DNA of 64,000 bases from the NCBI GenBank assembly GCA_026770705.1, contig JANJGN010000008.1, positions 68,820,001 through 68,884,000 of the forward strand, written 5' to 3'. The position numbers and the translations under genes are program-made. The stretch comes from Isurus oxyrinchus. Taxonomy: Eukaryota. Under the pieces are notes generated by a model. It did not search any database. It was not told the origin of the DNA and worked only from the letters and a program-made list of their open reading frames with translations. Below are positions 49,530-62,690 of the stretch, piece by piece (the first letter of the stretch is position 1; the number at the start of each line of letters is the position of its first letter).

Positions 49530-50265
49530 GACTCCATCCCTCTCCCTGGCAACTGTCTGAGGCTGAACCAGACTGTTTGAAACTTTGGTCTTGCACTTGA
49601 TCCCGAGATGAGCTCTGACCATACATTTCCACCATCAAGAAGATTGCCTACTTCCATCTAACCAACATCACATTTCTCTGTGACTGCCTCCCTTCATCTG
49701 CTGCTTAAACACTTATTCATGCTTTCATTGCATCTAGAGCTGACTATTCTAATACATTTCTGGATGGTCTCCAAACTTTCATCCTCCATAAACTTAAGCT
49801 TATCTAAAATTTTGCTCCCTTATCCTAACTCGCACCAAATGACGTTAACCCATCACTCTTAACCTACATTGGTTCCCAGTTGAGCAGTGCCTCGATCTTA
49901 AAATTTTCATTCTTGTTTGCAAATCCTTTCATGGTCTCACCCGCTCCCAATCACTGTAACCTTCTCCAGCCCTACAACCTTCCAAGATATCTGCACCCTC
50001 CAATTCTGGCTTCTTATACATTCCTGATTTTAATTATCCCACCATTGCTGGCTATGACTTCATTTGCTGAGGCCCTGGAATTCACTCCCTAAATCTCTAG
50101 GCTTCTCTACCGCTCTTTCCTCCTTCAAGAAACTCCTTCAAATTTACCTCTGACTAAGCTTTCAGTCATCTGACCTAATATCCTCTTGTGTGGCTTTGTG
50201 TCAATTTTTGTTTGATAACACTCCTATGAAGCACCTTGGGACTTTTATTCTGTTAAAGGTGCTAC
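49530..50265 (+). mobile_element. L2-type LINE 3' fragment
   Basis: Decayed L2 ORF2 C-terminal motifs (AYFHL.NI, LIHAF..SR.DYSN, LHWFP) and tail gaagcaccttgggac...ttaaaggtgcta. Confidence 0.7.
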
Positions 50266-50799
50266 TGGGTGATCCATGTGTTTCATACACTCTTGTGAGC
50301 AAGGTTTTCTTAAACATTTGCAAATTGAAAAGACAATATTGCTGGGACATGGATTTGTTCTTGTCCATTTTGTGCTTGCTTACATCTTGTACTTGACAGA
50401 TATATTTGGTTTAGGTCATAATGCAGATTTTTCAACTGTTTCGGCCAGAAAATGAAGCAATGAAACACAATGAAATACTGCCTTTTATGGGTTATTTTTG
50501 GAACCTCACAGGGGCATTGGCACTATGGAATAACTACTTTGTGGTGAAAGTTGATCTTGATGAGAATGGGATTAATAGTGGAAAAATCTATTTCATCTAA
50601 AGCCACTAATTATGGTCAACCAATCATTTGACCTCATTTACAAACATAAAATAATTGTCTTGTAACACACTGAGTCATCAGGACTGTAAATGAGTTTTTC
50701 TTCTGCCATTTAGCTTGACTGTTAGACATCCTCATGATGATATTTATATATGCGTTTGTGCAGTATACTCCAATAGCAAGTATTATCAACAGAGTACTT

Positions 50800-51090
50800 C
50801 CCACTGCCAACCCTCCGCTACCAAGAACGACAGAAGCAGCATTATCATGGGAACACCATCAACTTCCAAGTTCCTCTACAACACCATTCTAAATTGGAAA
50901 TATAATGCTGTTCTTTCATCATCCTAGATCAATAACTTGGTATAACCCTACCTATAACACCATCATGGAAACATCATCACCACAAAAACTGCAGCAGTTC
51001 AAGAACAAGACCCACCATTTCTTTCTCAGAGCAACTGGAATGCAGTCTTGTTGGATTGGCTCATACCCCATGCACAATGTAAAAAAAATA
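50800..51090 (+). mobile_element. Strongly decayed 3' tail of the CR1-group LINE
   Basis: ctgcagcagttcaagaacaagacccacc...ttctcagagcaactggaatg is homologous to 38260-38320. Confidence 0.6.
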
Positions 51091-51242
51091 TTGAGTTCTT
51101 CATCATAACTCCAGGCATATTAGGAACTGTACAGCCTACTGTAGTATAAATATGAACTTTAGATATCTGTAAAATTAAATTACTCAAACTCAGTTAGAAC
51201 CCTGGTCTAGTGCTATCTTGTAATCCAGAAGGAAAATTAAAC

Positions 51243-51462
51243 AGTTCGGACCAGTATTCTTACTCCCAGTTTTACTGGTGTTCCATTTTAAGGTATACAA
51301 GACCAGTTTGGATCAGTATTTTTGTTTCCCAGTTTTACTGGCATTCAATTTTAAGGTATACAAGACCAGTTTGGACCAGTATTCTTGTTCCTCAGTTTTA
51401 CTGGTGTTTCATTTTAAGATACACAAGACCAGTTTGGACCAGTATTCTTGTTCCCCAGTTTT
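51243..51462. repeat. 63-bp tandem repeat, about 3.5 copies
   Basis: gaccagtttgg recurs at 51301, 51364 and 51427. Confidence 0.9.
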
Positions 51463-52349
51463 TGCTGCTTTTTCTTTCTGGGGAAACACTCCTCTCTACC
51501 TCTGTTATATGAAACAAAGTAACACAGCAACGTTTGGCAACCATAACAACAGATAGTGAGAAAACAGAAAGGAAAGATAGATGGAAATATCTGAGAAACT
51601 CAGTAAATCAAAAATAGAATGCAGATGATTCAACTTATGGGAAAGTTCAGCAATTGCTTTTTTTACCTCAGGATATTTAAAAAGGGACTGGTGCTTAGTG
51701 CCAAGTGAAGTCCTCTGGAATTTACATTTAAATTCAATGCTGTCGGCTTTGGTCCCAAGCTCTTCTTTTGAACAATTGCAAACCTTCTCAAGTAAAACTT
51801 CAGAAATGTCTAGTAAATGTAAGACTACTGTAAAGTTGTAATCAGTTGGGTTTAGTTGCTGTGAAGTAGCTGTGATAAAAGCAGGTCTTTATTCTCATTA
51901 ATCTTCTGTATTTTATGCCTTGGAGTTTTGTAATAACTGGAGTTGAGATGGAAGTGACTTTCCTTTTCCAACTTCAAGGCAGAGACCTGCAGATAAATTG
52001 ACTGTAGGATAGGTCAAATTTTGCAACCTGTAAATTAGTCAAGTGGCAGTGAATGGTGATTGAATCAAATGTGGTCAAAACATTGTTAGTTAAGCAGAGC
52101 TGAGAGTAACCACTGGTCAGCCTTTCTGTGAGGATTTAACTCCATTATGTTGTTGAAATTTGAAAGGTGTGAATATATTATCAGCATAGAAATTGCATTG
52201 CCAACATATGACATTGCATTGGGAAGTTTACAAAAGATATTTTGTTTCAAATGTCTTGTGGTTTCTCAATGTTTTCTGAAATGTGTTCTATATTTTAACC
52301 CCTTGTGAACTCACCGGATATTTATTACTTGAAGTACTATGAAACTAAT

Positions 52350-52479
52350 GGGTAATTTTAACTTTGGGTGACAGTGTAAGATGGGGATTATTAATTTGAC
52401 TGCCCATTATCCGCTCTGCACAATTTTCCTTTCCATCAACGTCACCCACTTTACTCTGACGCCCAATGTTAAAATCCCC
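52350..52479. mobile_element. Small MITE (~130 bp) with ~25-bp imperfect terminal inverted repeats
   Basis: Left end gggtaattttaactttgggtgacag versus reverse complement of the right end ggggattttaacattgggcgtcag. Confidence 0.6.
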
Positions 52480-52797
52480 TCTCCCCCAGTTTTTGGCTGT
52501 GTTTTACTGTTGTATATACTATCTCTATTGTAATTAAACCTGTATATTAGTTTGAGTTGGAATGTAACCATCTAATATTCTTGTATTCACCAAGTTTGGA
52601 AAATGTAGTGGGTTTCACACAGCTTCTGGTGCACTATACTGACACAGGATGATAATTGGTCATCTTGGGCATGTTACTTCAGACATGCCAAGCAAAAAGA
52701 TGCTGTTTTGGTTCATAGGAAATTCTTTCTGTTTAAGAAAATAACCTTCTCTGCTTTGAGCAAGACAAGAGTGTTGGGAGGCAGTCTGGGCCTTAAC

Positions 52798-53017
52798 TTC
52801 TATCACTGCTTGTTTGTCTACACAAGCACCTCTGTCTCTCTCTCTGTCTCCCCCCCCCCCCCACCCCACACCTTAAACCAGCTTATATTTCAACTCTTTC
52901 CTGGACTCGAAATCAAGTTCTGTCGAAGGGTCATGAGGACTCGAAACGTCAACTCTTTTCTTCTCCGCCGATGCTGCCAGACCTGCTGAGTTTTTCCAGG
53001 TAATTCTGTTTTTGTTT
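52798..53017 (+). mobile_element. Penelope-type short insertion with an 11-bp target-site duplication and a hammerhead-like motif
   Basis: TGGGCCTTAAC at 52787-52797 and 53018-53028. The 3' ~100 bp is nearly identical to the 21.8 kb element. Confidence 0.85.
52916..52954 (+). ncRNA. Minimal type-I hammerhead-ribozyme-like motif (variant core)
   Basis: AGTT-CTGTCGA-A-GGGTC(ATGAG)GACTC-GAAAC-GTC-AACT: stem I AGTT/AACT, stem II GGGTC/GACTC, palindromic ACGT stem III, GUC cleavage triplet. Core is CUGUCGA rather than CUGANGA. Confidence 0.6.
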
Positions 53018-53569
53018 TGGGCCTTAACAGTGGCAGGTTCATGTATACAGGTCATAGAGATGGCATGTGTGTGAAATGGAGATTTCGGAGTGATAGAGAG
53101 ATCACACTCTCTTAATACAAGAGCCAGGTTAATGCTAGGGAATGTAGGAGAGATTTAATAGAAAGTGTAGTGGGAACTTTACACTACATTTAACTTTATC
53201 TCAGAGTGGTTAATGAGAAAATGCAGCATGACTTTATTTTAAATTTAATCCATGGTATTTGGATCAGGGAGGCCTTGATGAGGCAAGGCGGATAGAATAT
53301 GCATAGATAGCCATAAAAACAAGTTGAATCTAGCAGACATTTTGTCCATCATGCTTTGACATTATACTATCATGATCATAAAATTGTGTGGCACACATGT
53401 ATCTGATTGGCTCAAATTTTGTATTCATAGCAACAAATCACAATTAAGGCAGAGGGAAGGCACCAAACACCAAGTGTAAAACAAAAATAAAAACCAACAA
53501 CTGCGATTTTAAAAATAGCTTGGAATCAGATCACAGGTTATCAAGCATGCTACATTTTAATGGACATAA

Positions 53570-53850
53570 ACAAGGGCAGCAGATAGATGGGAACACCTTC
53601 ACCTGGAAGATCCCCTCCAAGTCACTCACCACCCTGACTTGGAAATATATTGCCGTTCCTTCACTGTCACTGGGTCTGGGTCAAAATCCTGGAACTCCCT
53701 TCCTAACAGCACTGTGGGTGTATCTACACCACATGGACTGCAGCGGTTCAAGAAAGCAGCTCACCACCACCTTCTCAAGGGCAATTAGGGATGGGCAATA
53801 AATGCTGGCCTAGCCAGCAACGCTCACACCCCATGAATGAATAAAAGAAG
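53570..53850 (+). mobile_element. 3' end fragment of the CR1-group LINE
   Basis: caagggcagcagatagatgggaacacc...gggatgggcaataaatgctggcctagccagc...atgaatgaataaaa is near-identical to 38105-38370. Confidence 0.85.
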
Positions 53851-55139
53851 AAATTGCAATCGTATCTGCAACTCAAGGTTTGGTTCACATCACGTATGAG
53901 ACAACGCCAAGCTAGACAGTGAACAAAACGTCACACATCTGTCATAGTGATGGAAGAATCCATCATTAAGTTGGTGTACTTTGCTAGCAAGAATTACTAC
54001 TGCAAAATTATTGATGAAGAAGAAAAATGCAATTAAAAAAAATGTTATTGGCCTGAACTTCTGGCCAGTGGCAATGATGCCTGCATTGGCCCATTTTTTT
54101 CTAGGATCTTCTGATCAGCAAAATGTGCAGCACAGCGTCCCCTTCCTAACTCCAGCAAGCAGAGGCGGGAGAACGAGAGGGCATGCCCAATTTTTATGGC
54201 ACTAGTTGCTGCATTCGGCTAAGTTTAAAGGTCCAGTCTTTGAGTATGGGTTAGTGAATGAATGAGTAAATGAGTGAGTAGGTAGGTGCATGAGGTAGGT
54301 GGATGGGTGAACGGGTAGGTAGGTGAAGTGGGTGATGTGAGTAGGTGGGTGAGTAGGATTAGCATTATTTAAAGGGTCAGGCACTCAATTTACATCTTAG
54401 ATGATTTTTAAGAGCTTTTTTGTTGCAAGGTGTCTAACATAATCTGGAGATTTTTTTGGCGATGATGTGAGTGCCTGGATTTACTGGGAGTGTTGCTGCA
54501 TGCCCTCATGGAGGACAAAGGAGTAGGTGACTGACAACACAAAGGTTGTAACAGGTATGGGGTTGCAATAATGGTGCATCTGGGTCTTCAGCATGATTGA
54601 GAGATGGAGCCGAGGCTGCAGAGAGAGCAAGCTCTGCCCTATGCTCTTTGCTAGCTTGGAGCTGGATTCCTTTGTGCTCCTTAATGGTGACAGGAGGCTA
54701 CCTGGCAGGCCAGTCAATGCATCTAGGTGTGCATGCCCATCAGTGCTCTCTTGTATACCATTCCGTTAAGGTCCTGTGCAGCAGAACTCATCTTTAACCT
54801 CACCTTCTGGTGAGCTGTCAAACAATGCTTTCCGCTGGCCTAGCTGCAGCCCAGTGACTCACCACACACTGATGCCAACTCTATACTAGCCTCCCATGCA
54901 TGTTCAGTGCCAACATTTGAGCTGGTGGATGTAGGTGTCAGATCAATTGATGGGGCCTCTAATTCTGCACCTTTCCCTTCCTCCTTGGGTTGCTGTGGCA
55001 GGGCAGGGGGGCAGTTCTTGGTCTGGAAACAGGGGAACTCAAAGAGGAAGGTTGGTGTGAAGGAAGTGGAGTTGGGATGGGAAGCAAGGGATAACCTCAT
55101 GGCTTGGTATATCCCTCACTCTACCATTACTATCAATCC

Positions 55140-55260
55140 AGGGGACCAAAGCTGGTTCATTGACTTCAGTTTTACTCCAGCTCCTTAAGGCCACACTTGG
55201 TCAAATGCTGTGTTGATGTCAAGGGCAGTCACTTTCACCTCACCTCTAGAATTCAACCTG
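55140..55260 (-). mobile_element. Short LINE RT fragment
   Basis: The - strand encodes EVKVTALDINTAFDQVW (ALDI..AFD.V reverse-transcriptase motif). Confidence 0.65.
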
Positions 55261-55829
55261 AAAAGTACCTCTTCCTCCCAGTGGCCTGAGCTTGTGAATA
55301 CACATGGACATTGCGGTGATGGGTAGATCTGGTACAGCCAGGCTGATCTTGTGCTATCTGAACAATTAGTCTGATCTTATAGGTTTAGCATCGTCCATCC
55401 ATTGTCCCCAGTTTCTGTGCTAACAATGGAATAGAATTGATGAATAGTGTTTCTTTGACAAGTTATTTAATTTTATGGAAGTAATCTTAATGTATGTGTC
55501 TGGTAAGATGTTGAAATCTTATGCCCTAAGTATATTATTCTTCTTCTGGTATATATCTGAAAGAGTTTGGATGTAAAGCTGCTGCAGAAACCAGAGAGCT
55601 GACAGGTGAAGCTCACAGTGAGTAAATACCTATTCATCTCAGTCAAAACACAGAGCTTTACCAATTAGTTCCTATTCAGGGGAAAGTGTTAAAGACATGG
55701 ATATTTGAAACTGCTGACATCGCTGCAGTTCAAGCATCACCTATTGTGGTTCTCAGTTACTCTGTTTATACTCAACTGGAGAGAGACTAGCATATTGCCC
55801 CTGTAGCATTATCCTTGGGTTGGTTTGAA

Positions 55830-55990
55830 CTCCCCCTGCTAACCCAGTAATGTGTACTTCCTCAATGGTACCTCAATTACCAGGTTCATGAAATTGGACC
55901 CTGGCTAATTTTTCCCCTCTCTAATCCTGGTGCTGCAATTGCCAACCCAGCTGACTCAATAGAGACTGGGAATCACCATGTTCCTATCCT
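55830..55990 (-). mobile_element. LF-SINE-like fragment
   Basis: gaccctggctaatttttcccctct...caattgcc...cagctgactca...gactgggaatc is similar to the other LF-like copies. Confidence 0.4.
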
Positions 55991-57479
55991 GTAGGCCTAA
56001 CAAGCCCGTGTTATAGGGAAGACCTTGTGCATATTCCCCACATGTGACTTAAATGGGAGTCTGTTCGACTGCCTGTAAACCTGACCAGGACCCAGCCAGA
56101 TAGGCAGTCCTTATATTGCATGGAAGTTTCACAGGCAGGAAGTTGAGAAGTAGTGAAGTCAGTGCCATCTTTCACTGTGGTTAACTACAAGTTTGCTAAT
56201 TTCAACCTTTATACTGTGGCTGGCAGGTCAATTTCATTCAACAATAGCTTTGCGCTATGCACTTGCCTTCTCCAACCTGGTGAGATGCAGGGACAATGTG
56301 GAACGGATGCACTGGCAGTTAAAATTACAATGCAGGTTTAAAGACTGACTTAATTTCCTATTTTTATATCTGAATGAGTGTCTTGATGCTAGTCAGGAAT
56401 TCCTAACGGAACCCTCTGGCTGAAAGCTGGAAGAGGGTGGGATATTTTTGGCTCTCAACCTTACTTCCCTTTTCAGGGATTTAAACCCCCCTGCACATGT
56501 GCAAACCCAACTCCCCTCACCTGGGAAAACTGAGTGCATAAGATCAGAAACACCAAGCTTGTTCTGTTTAAGCCCAGCCAGCAATTCCACATGTTAGTCC
56601 TCGATTCCATCATCTTCCCTGGATACTCCAGCACATACAGTGGTGTTTAACTCCATTCCTCTGCTCAATCCAGAGCTCAGCTTCAAACTTAGTAATCGGC
56701 CCATCTCCAGCATGGACCTCACACATTTAATTGGGGCTTGGATACTCTACTGACCGCGCCAACAGAACTAGGCCCCTAGATGTGGCATATCACTTCCAAA
56801 GGTGACTTGTTTTTAATTAAGTATTCCCTTTTCCCAGTTCAGTACATTTATTTCTGTTGCTGTGGAGGACCGAAATATGATACTGCCATTTGCCAACTGT
56901 TTTCATGCAGTAGCCTTTCTTGCAATGGAATATTTACCTGGCAGCAAACTCAGTGCAGAAGGTAGAAACTCCTTTTGAGTTCAGGAGGGAACAGCAAAGG
57001 CAGATGCAAAAACAATTTCAGTATTAGGTCAAGAACCTGTGGTTTGGCACATCAGAGTGGACCTGTCTTTGCCACCTCAACTTCTTCACAGCCATGCCAT
57101 TTGTTCTTGGCTGATGTACAGCTCTTCCCATAGTTGTGAGAGTGACCACAGCACAAATGTTTTGTGCTGCTGCATTCTTCATAGCAGGAACACCTGCCAG
57201 AGCAAGTGGGCTGTTGCCTATAGATGCATTAAGCAAGCAAAGGACATGGTGGGGTTGGTGGGGGTGGGGGGTGGGGGGGGGGGGGCGGGGTTTGTGGCGG
57301 TGTTGGTGGCTGTTTGGAAGAAGATTTTCATAGTTGGTGGACATAAACATCTTGCTGGCAAGATGCTCTCAGTGAGAAGCGTGAGCCATTTGGATAGTTC
57401 AGGCCTTTATTGCATCCAGTTGGCAAGGAGAGGAACCCAATGGCCCAACGGTGGAGCTGAAACAGAAGATTACCAAAGC

Positions 57480-57815
57480 CTAGTTGTCAGAGTACTGCAC
57501 TGATAATCCAGAGAACATGAGTTTAACTCTCACCTTGATAGCCTGAGAATGTAAATTCCGTTTACGATATGTGGCCAAGGAGATCAGATTATCATAAAAA
57601 CCCAACTGGGCCACTAATGTCCTTCATGGAAGAAAACCTGCTGTCCTTATCCAGTCTGTCCTATGTGCAATTGCATCCTTCATTACTGTGGCCCTCTGAA
57701 GTGGCCCAGTAAGTTGTGTCCAAACTGACCCACCACCAGCTTCTCAGGGACAACTAGGGATGGGCAATAGCTACTGCCCTTGCCAGAGAAGCTCACACCC
57801 AGAGAATAAATTAAA
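57480..57815 (+). mobile_element. tRNA-headed SINE (same family as 27.2 kb) ending in the LINE tail
   Basis: taatccagagaacatgagttt...ccactaatgtccttcatggaagaaaacctgctgtcctta...gccctctgaa...caccaccagcttctcagggacaactagggatgggcaata. Confidence 0.7.
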
Positions 57816-60179
57816 TGAAACCCCCAAAAAGTGAAAAATAGTTAATGTAGAACAGACCGTTGCTCTGTTGAAGGAGGGATTCTGTTGTTTGGACTGGACA
57901 GGCAGGGAGCTCCTGCCTAGTCTAGCAAAGCTGTATCAAATCATCATGTCCTGCTACTGTACAGATACTCCTCACTGTGCGACAATGTGCTGTAAAGTAT
58001 TGAGGTTATGAATACAACTAGATCTTGGCTCCACAACTTGCAAAGATCCTACATGAAGAGAAAAGGAAGATGTGAGATTTCTGTGTGGGGTTCTACTGAT
58101 CTTCTACTGAGAGTTGGTAAAAGATGAGCAACACTCTTGACATATAGTGCAAGTGGTGTTTGTTTATGCGTTCCATTGATATTTGCCAGAGTTATGGCAG
58201 GAAAGTGAAATTCTCTCCCAATATGTTATCTACCACTGTACTGTAATGTACTGTATACCTCCATGTTACAGTGGGAGGCAGTAAGGGTAACAGACTAATT
58301 AAAGGAGGATGCTTGCAATATGGTGGCATCGCACTTCTAAACTCTCCATCCTTCTACTCCTTCCACAGATTCTGAGGGGGTGGTGCTAAGCATCTTTGAG
58401 CCAAAGTGTGACAGCTTCTCGTGTTATCCAGGTCCACCTCTGTTGCTTGTGTTTTCTGTATTGTTTAGCGTATCGTTAACAGTTGCTTTGCAGTCCAGTC
58501 AATTTTTCTAGTTAAAAATAGTGCCCCTTTAAGGAGAAGCAGAAACTGTTTAAGCTGCTTTAAATCCCATTCCATCCCATCCCAATTTCATTGCTGGCTA
58601 AGAGTCCTGTGCTCACTTAACATCTGCAGGGCATATTAAAATTAAGAGAAGGCACAGGCCTTATACAATCTGACAAAGCCTGCTCATTCTGCTGCTAACA
58701 CAAGCATTTTTATGCCATCTGTGTACATGCTCCTAAGTTTGGATCTCAAACTTGGATCTTTGATGTGATGTATTGATTTGAAGTTTGTGTCAGCCATGCT
58801 ATTCTACTCTTGAATTTTCTCCTTTTTTGGTGGCATAGGTTGTCATGGACGTTGATGGATGGAAGATTTCTACAATCACAACTGGACTAATCAGACTAGA
58901 TCATGTGGTGGGCTAGACCATCACATGATTTCAACTGGAGTAATATTGTATCGCATGATTTGAACGAGCCTAATACACTGCACAATTTGATTGAGCTGAT
59001 GTCCAGTTTTAGTTTATTGCTGGTCACGGGGAAATAGAAAATGTTCGCTATATTGAAAGCACATTTATGCTATTATAGCTATGATGTGTTTGAAATAAAT
59101 GCATAGATAGTGAAACCAATGTTACTGGATGCTTTTATCTAGTGGGTTTTAATGTATGGTTTTCAAATAAATGGTGTAAGAGGAGCTCCGAAAGGCAAAT
59201 TCCCAACTTGTTTCTAAGTCACTGGTGCAGCAGCAGATCATGTGTGTTGAGATAGTCTGACAGTGTTTTGATTAGGTGCTGTGTACCTCTCAGTTCCTCA
59301 TGCATAACTTTGCTGTGGCCATTGAGTTTTTAAACAATGGAGGAAATAGCAGGAGGGAGTAATAAAAAAGGTGGCAACTGGGTTGAAAGTCAAGGGAGAT
59401 TTCCTTTCTCTGCTCTAATTCTGCCTTTAGCAGTCAGGGCACTGAGTGTTTGACCAGAGGTTGGGGGAACTCGTTGCAAAGAAAAGCCTTGGATCCCTGA
59501 TTATGACAGGAATTTGAGCTGAGGAAATGGTACACCAGGACTTCACACCTGTTCGCAGATTGAATGTCACTCACAACACAAAACATTCTCTGCTCTTGCC
59601 TTTTATTTTTTTTAAACTTCAGGATTTTTAAGTTCGGGAAGAATATGTTTTTTCTTTGGCGTGAGAACCTGAACTATCAGTCATAGATACTTTTAGTTGT
59701 GAGGAAGAAAGGGGGAAGCAAAGCGTTTTATTTACAGGAAGGACTATTTTCAGTTAAATTGATAGGTCATGACTGCAGTAGCTCTTGTTCAATCTACCTG
59801 TTTACATCTGGCAGACAAAGAATGAATAGCAGGATTACTCGTCAAACCAGGACAGCCAGTGCATTTCAGATAAAAAGTCCTGTATCTTTTAGATTAGGAA
59901 AATCAGGAAAAGTGATAAAGCATCATTTCATTTTAAAGTAATTAATGATCTGGGCCATCAATAGGGTAATATGATTTTGTTGCAGTGGCTGATTTATGAC
60001 TGCTCAGAAAGCTACATTTTCACTACACTGTGATTTAAAAAAATTAAAACTTTATTACCAGGGCAGCAAATCACACTAAATGTGGCAAGACTCTTTAGAC
60101 ATTATTGAAGGATGTCAAATTACTTGTGGAAAGTATCAGCACTTGTTAGGCTTGTCCCACTTTGTCCCCTTTACTCTCT

Positions 60180-61925
60180 GCGTGTTACATACAAAAGTGG
60201 CAAGACGAGTTTAGATGGCCGGAGGTAGTTCTGGATGCAGTCGGTGACCAGAATGTCTCCTGGGTCTTGTTGAGTTCTACCCATTCCGCAACACGGTGCT
60301 GACCCACCTTCAAGATTGTTGGACCTTAGATTGGTCTCATCCACCAAGTCCATCGGAATCAGCCTTCACATGCCAGGGTAGGCTAATCCCTAAGTCGCCA
60401 AGAGCAAGGGACCTGGTGGCTACCCTCAACTGGTTTGGCCCAGCCATCAAGACAGTTTACCAGGGTGTGGACTCTGTTGCCAGCAACTACTTGGAGTCAT
60501 AGGTGAGAACTGGGTGAAGATGAGGACTGATACAGGATGACCCACTCCAAACGGTCAAAGGACCCCACCTGTGAGAGACGTTTCCCCTCCCTTACATCTC
60601 TTGTTGATCTGACAAAGTCAGCTGTGAGGGGCTTTGGAAGGTAATGGAAAAATTCGGCTGTTTGGTGGTTCAGTTATTCCATAATGTCATATTTATGTGT
60701 GTCCTGGTTGATTGAGTCTTCTGACCCATTTCCAATCACTAATGTCATTAAACAGGGCTGTGTGCTAATGCCAACCCTCTTCAGCATGTTTTCTCCGCCA
60801 TGCTCTCCAATGCCTCCATGATGGTGATTGTCGCATCAAAATCCGTTATCACATAGACAGGATGCTGCTAATCTGAGATGAACCCAGGCAATGACTAAGG
60901 TCTGCAAGGACATACTTCATGATTTCCTGTTTGCTGATGACTGTGCACTAGCTGCCATTTAGAGCTGGACATGCAGTGTAGCAAGTACTTGTTCTCTAAT
61001 GCATGCAACAACTTTGGCCTTATAATCAGCATGAAGAAAACTGAAGTAAGGTATCACCATGCTCCAGGAAAGCCTGATTTCGAACCCAAGGTTTCAGTTC
61101 ATAACCAGAACCTGTCATCAGTGGAAAAGTACTTACCACAGCTGCACATTTTCTCAAGCTGTCTATAATGCCGACAAGACGCATGGAAGAATTGCCAAAG
61201 CAAGAGTAATCTTCAGCAGACATCCAACACCAGTCTGGGAATGAGAAAGTCTGCCAGTCAAACTGAAAATCGATAGAAGAATAATCCTGTCCACCCTGCT
61301 CCACTCTGCTCTGCTCTGGACTGTGTACCAGCATCATGCCAAAAAGCTCATCCACTTTCACTTGAGCTGCCTTTGGGAGGTTCTGAAGATCGGATGGCAG
61401 GACAAAATACCAGACACTGAGGTGCTCACCTGAGTTGGCATGTCAAGGATCCACACCATATTGAGACAGTCACAACAGTGTTGGGCTGGTTTAGTGGTCA
61501 GAATGCCTGACATTTGCTTACCAAAGTGAAGCTTCTATGGAGAGCATGAGCCAGCGGTTGTGTTCCCTTGGCAGTCAAAGGAAGCACTAGAAGGACAGTC
61601 TGAAGTTTTCACTTCGGAGTTTAGATATTGACTTCGAGTCCTGGGAGAAGTTTGCCCAGGATTGCAGCACTTGGCCCAACCAAATCAAAAAGGCTTCAGC
61701 CTCCTTTGAAAGTAAGCACATATCAGAGGCAGAGACAAAATGCAAGGAGAGGAAATCCTCAACCAGCAACTCATCCAAAACTCAATCGTCTCTGCTATCC
61801 TGTCCTATTTACAGCAGAACATTCTGGGTGCAGTTTGGCCTTAGCAGTCACCTACATACCCACTAGAACCTTACCAAACACCTCAGAGTATGAATATGGT
61901 CATCTTCACTTTGAAGGACAAACAA
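60180..61925 (+). mobile_element. Decayed, internally deleted RTE-clade LINE
   Basis: PFPITNVIKQGCVLMPTLFSM (~60725-60790), DFLFADDCAL (~60921-60950), FGLIISMKKTEV, LKIGWQDKIPDTEVL (~61383-61427) and LPK..FYGE: RTE ORF motifs with frameshifts. Confidence 0.85.
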
Positions 61926-62269
61926 GGCATACAAAAACCGAGATGCATTCCTGTTATCTTGTTTCTTTTGCTTTTGTTTTGTGTCTTGTATTTCCAGTAA
62001 ATAAACTGGAGTTATTACTGGCTATTATCATGCATTTCCATCTCATTTGCATTTGACACAGTAGCAGGAATTTTCCAATTAGATTCTGGTTAGGCCATGG
62101 GTTATTAGTTCTTCTGCCCACTCCACTCCCTCAGCCCCCTGCCTGATTTTGTGTAAGCAGCTTTATTTGCAGAATGAGAACTCTGTCCAATGCTGGGCCC
62201 AGCATCCGGAGTTTGCCGCAGGGATAGCAATGGGGTAGAAAACCACATGGAAGTGGCCCCTAAAGAGAA

Positions 62270-62690
62270 AGAAACACTTGCATTTATATTGGACATTGCA
62301 AAGCACTCCACAGTCAATGAAGTACTTTTCAAGTGTGGTCACGTTGTCATGTAGAAAATGTAGCAGCCAATTTGCACACTGTAGGGTCTGACAGTAATGT
62401 GATAATGACCTGATAATCTGTTTTTTATGGTATTAGATGGGGATAAATATTGGCCAGGGCACTGTGGAGAACTTCCGGGCTATAGGGTCTTTTACATTCA
62501 CTTGGGAGGGTAAGCAGGGTCTTACTTAACTGCTAATGTCTCAATGAAAAGATGGCATCTCCAACATTGTGGCACTCAGTCAGTACTGCACTGGAGAGTC
62601 AGCCTAGATTTTGAGTTTAAGGCTCTGCAGGTAGCTATGAACCTACAACATTCAGACTCTGAGGTAAGAGTGCTACCATTCAATCACTGC
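62270..62690 (-). mobile_element. Near full-length Deu-type SINE (SacSINE1/AmnSINE1-like)
   Basis: The - strand has a tRNA-like head (ggtagcactcttacctcagagtctgaatgttgtaggttca), a central cagtgcagtactga...ccctggccaatatttatccc domain, and tail aattggctgctac...atataaatgcaag. Confidence 0.7.

Noticed and set aside
54040-54950. Possible Harbinger-related non-autonomous element with a Myb-like relic
   Set aside because: Only a TIR-like start (ggcctgaactt) and vague similarity; no matching right end found.
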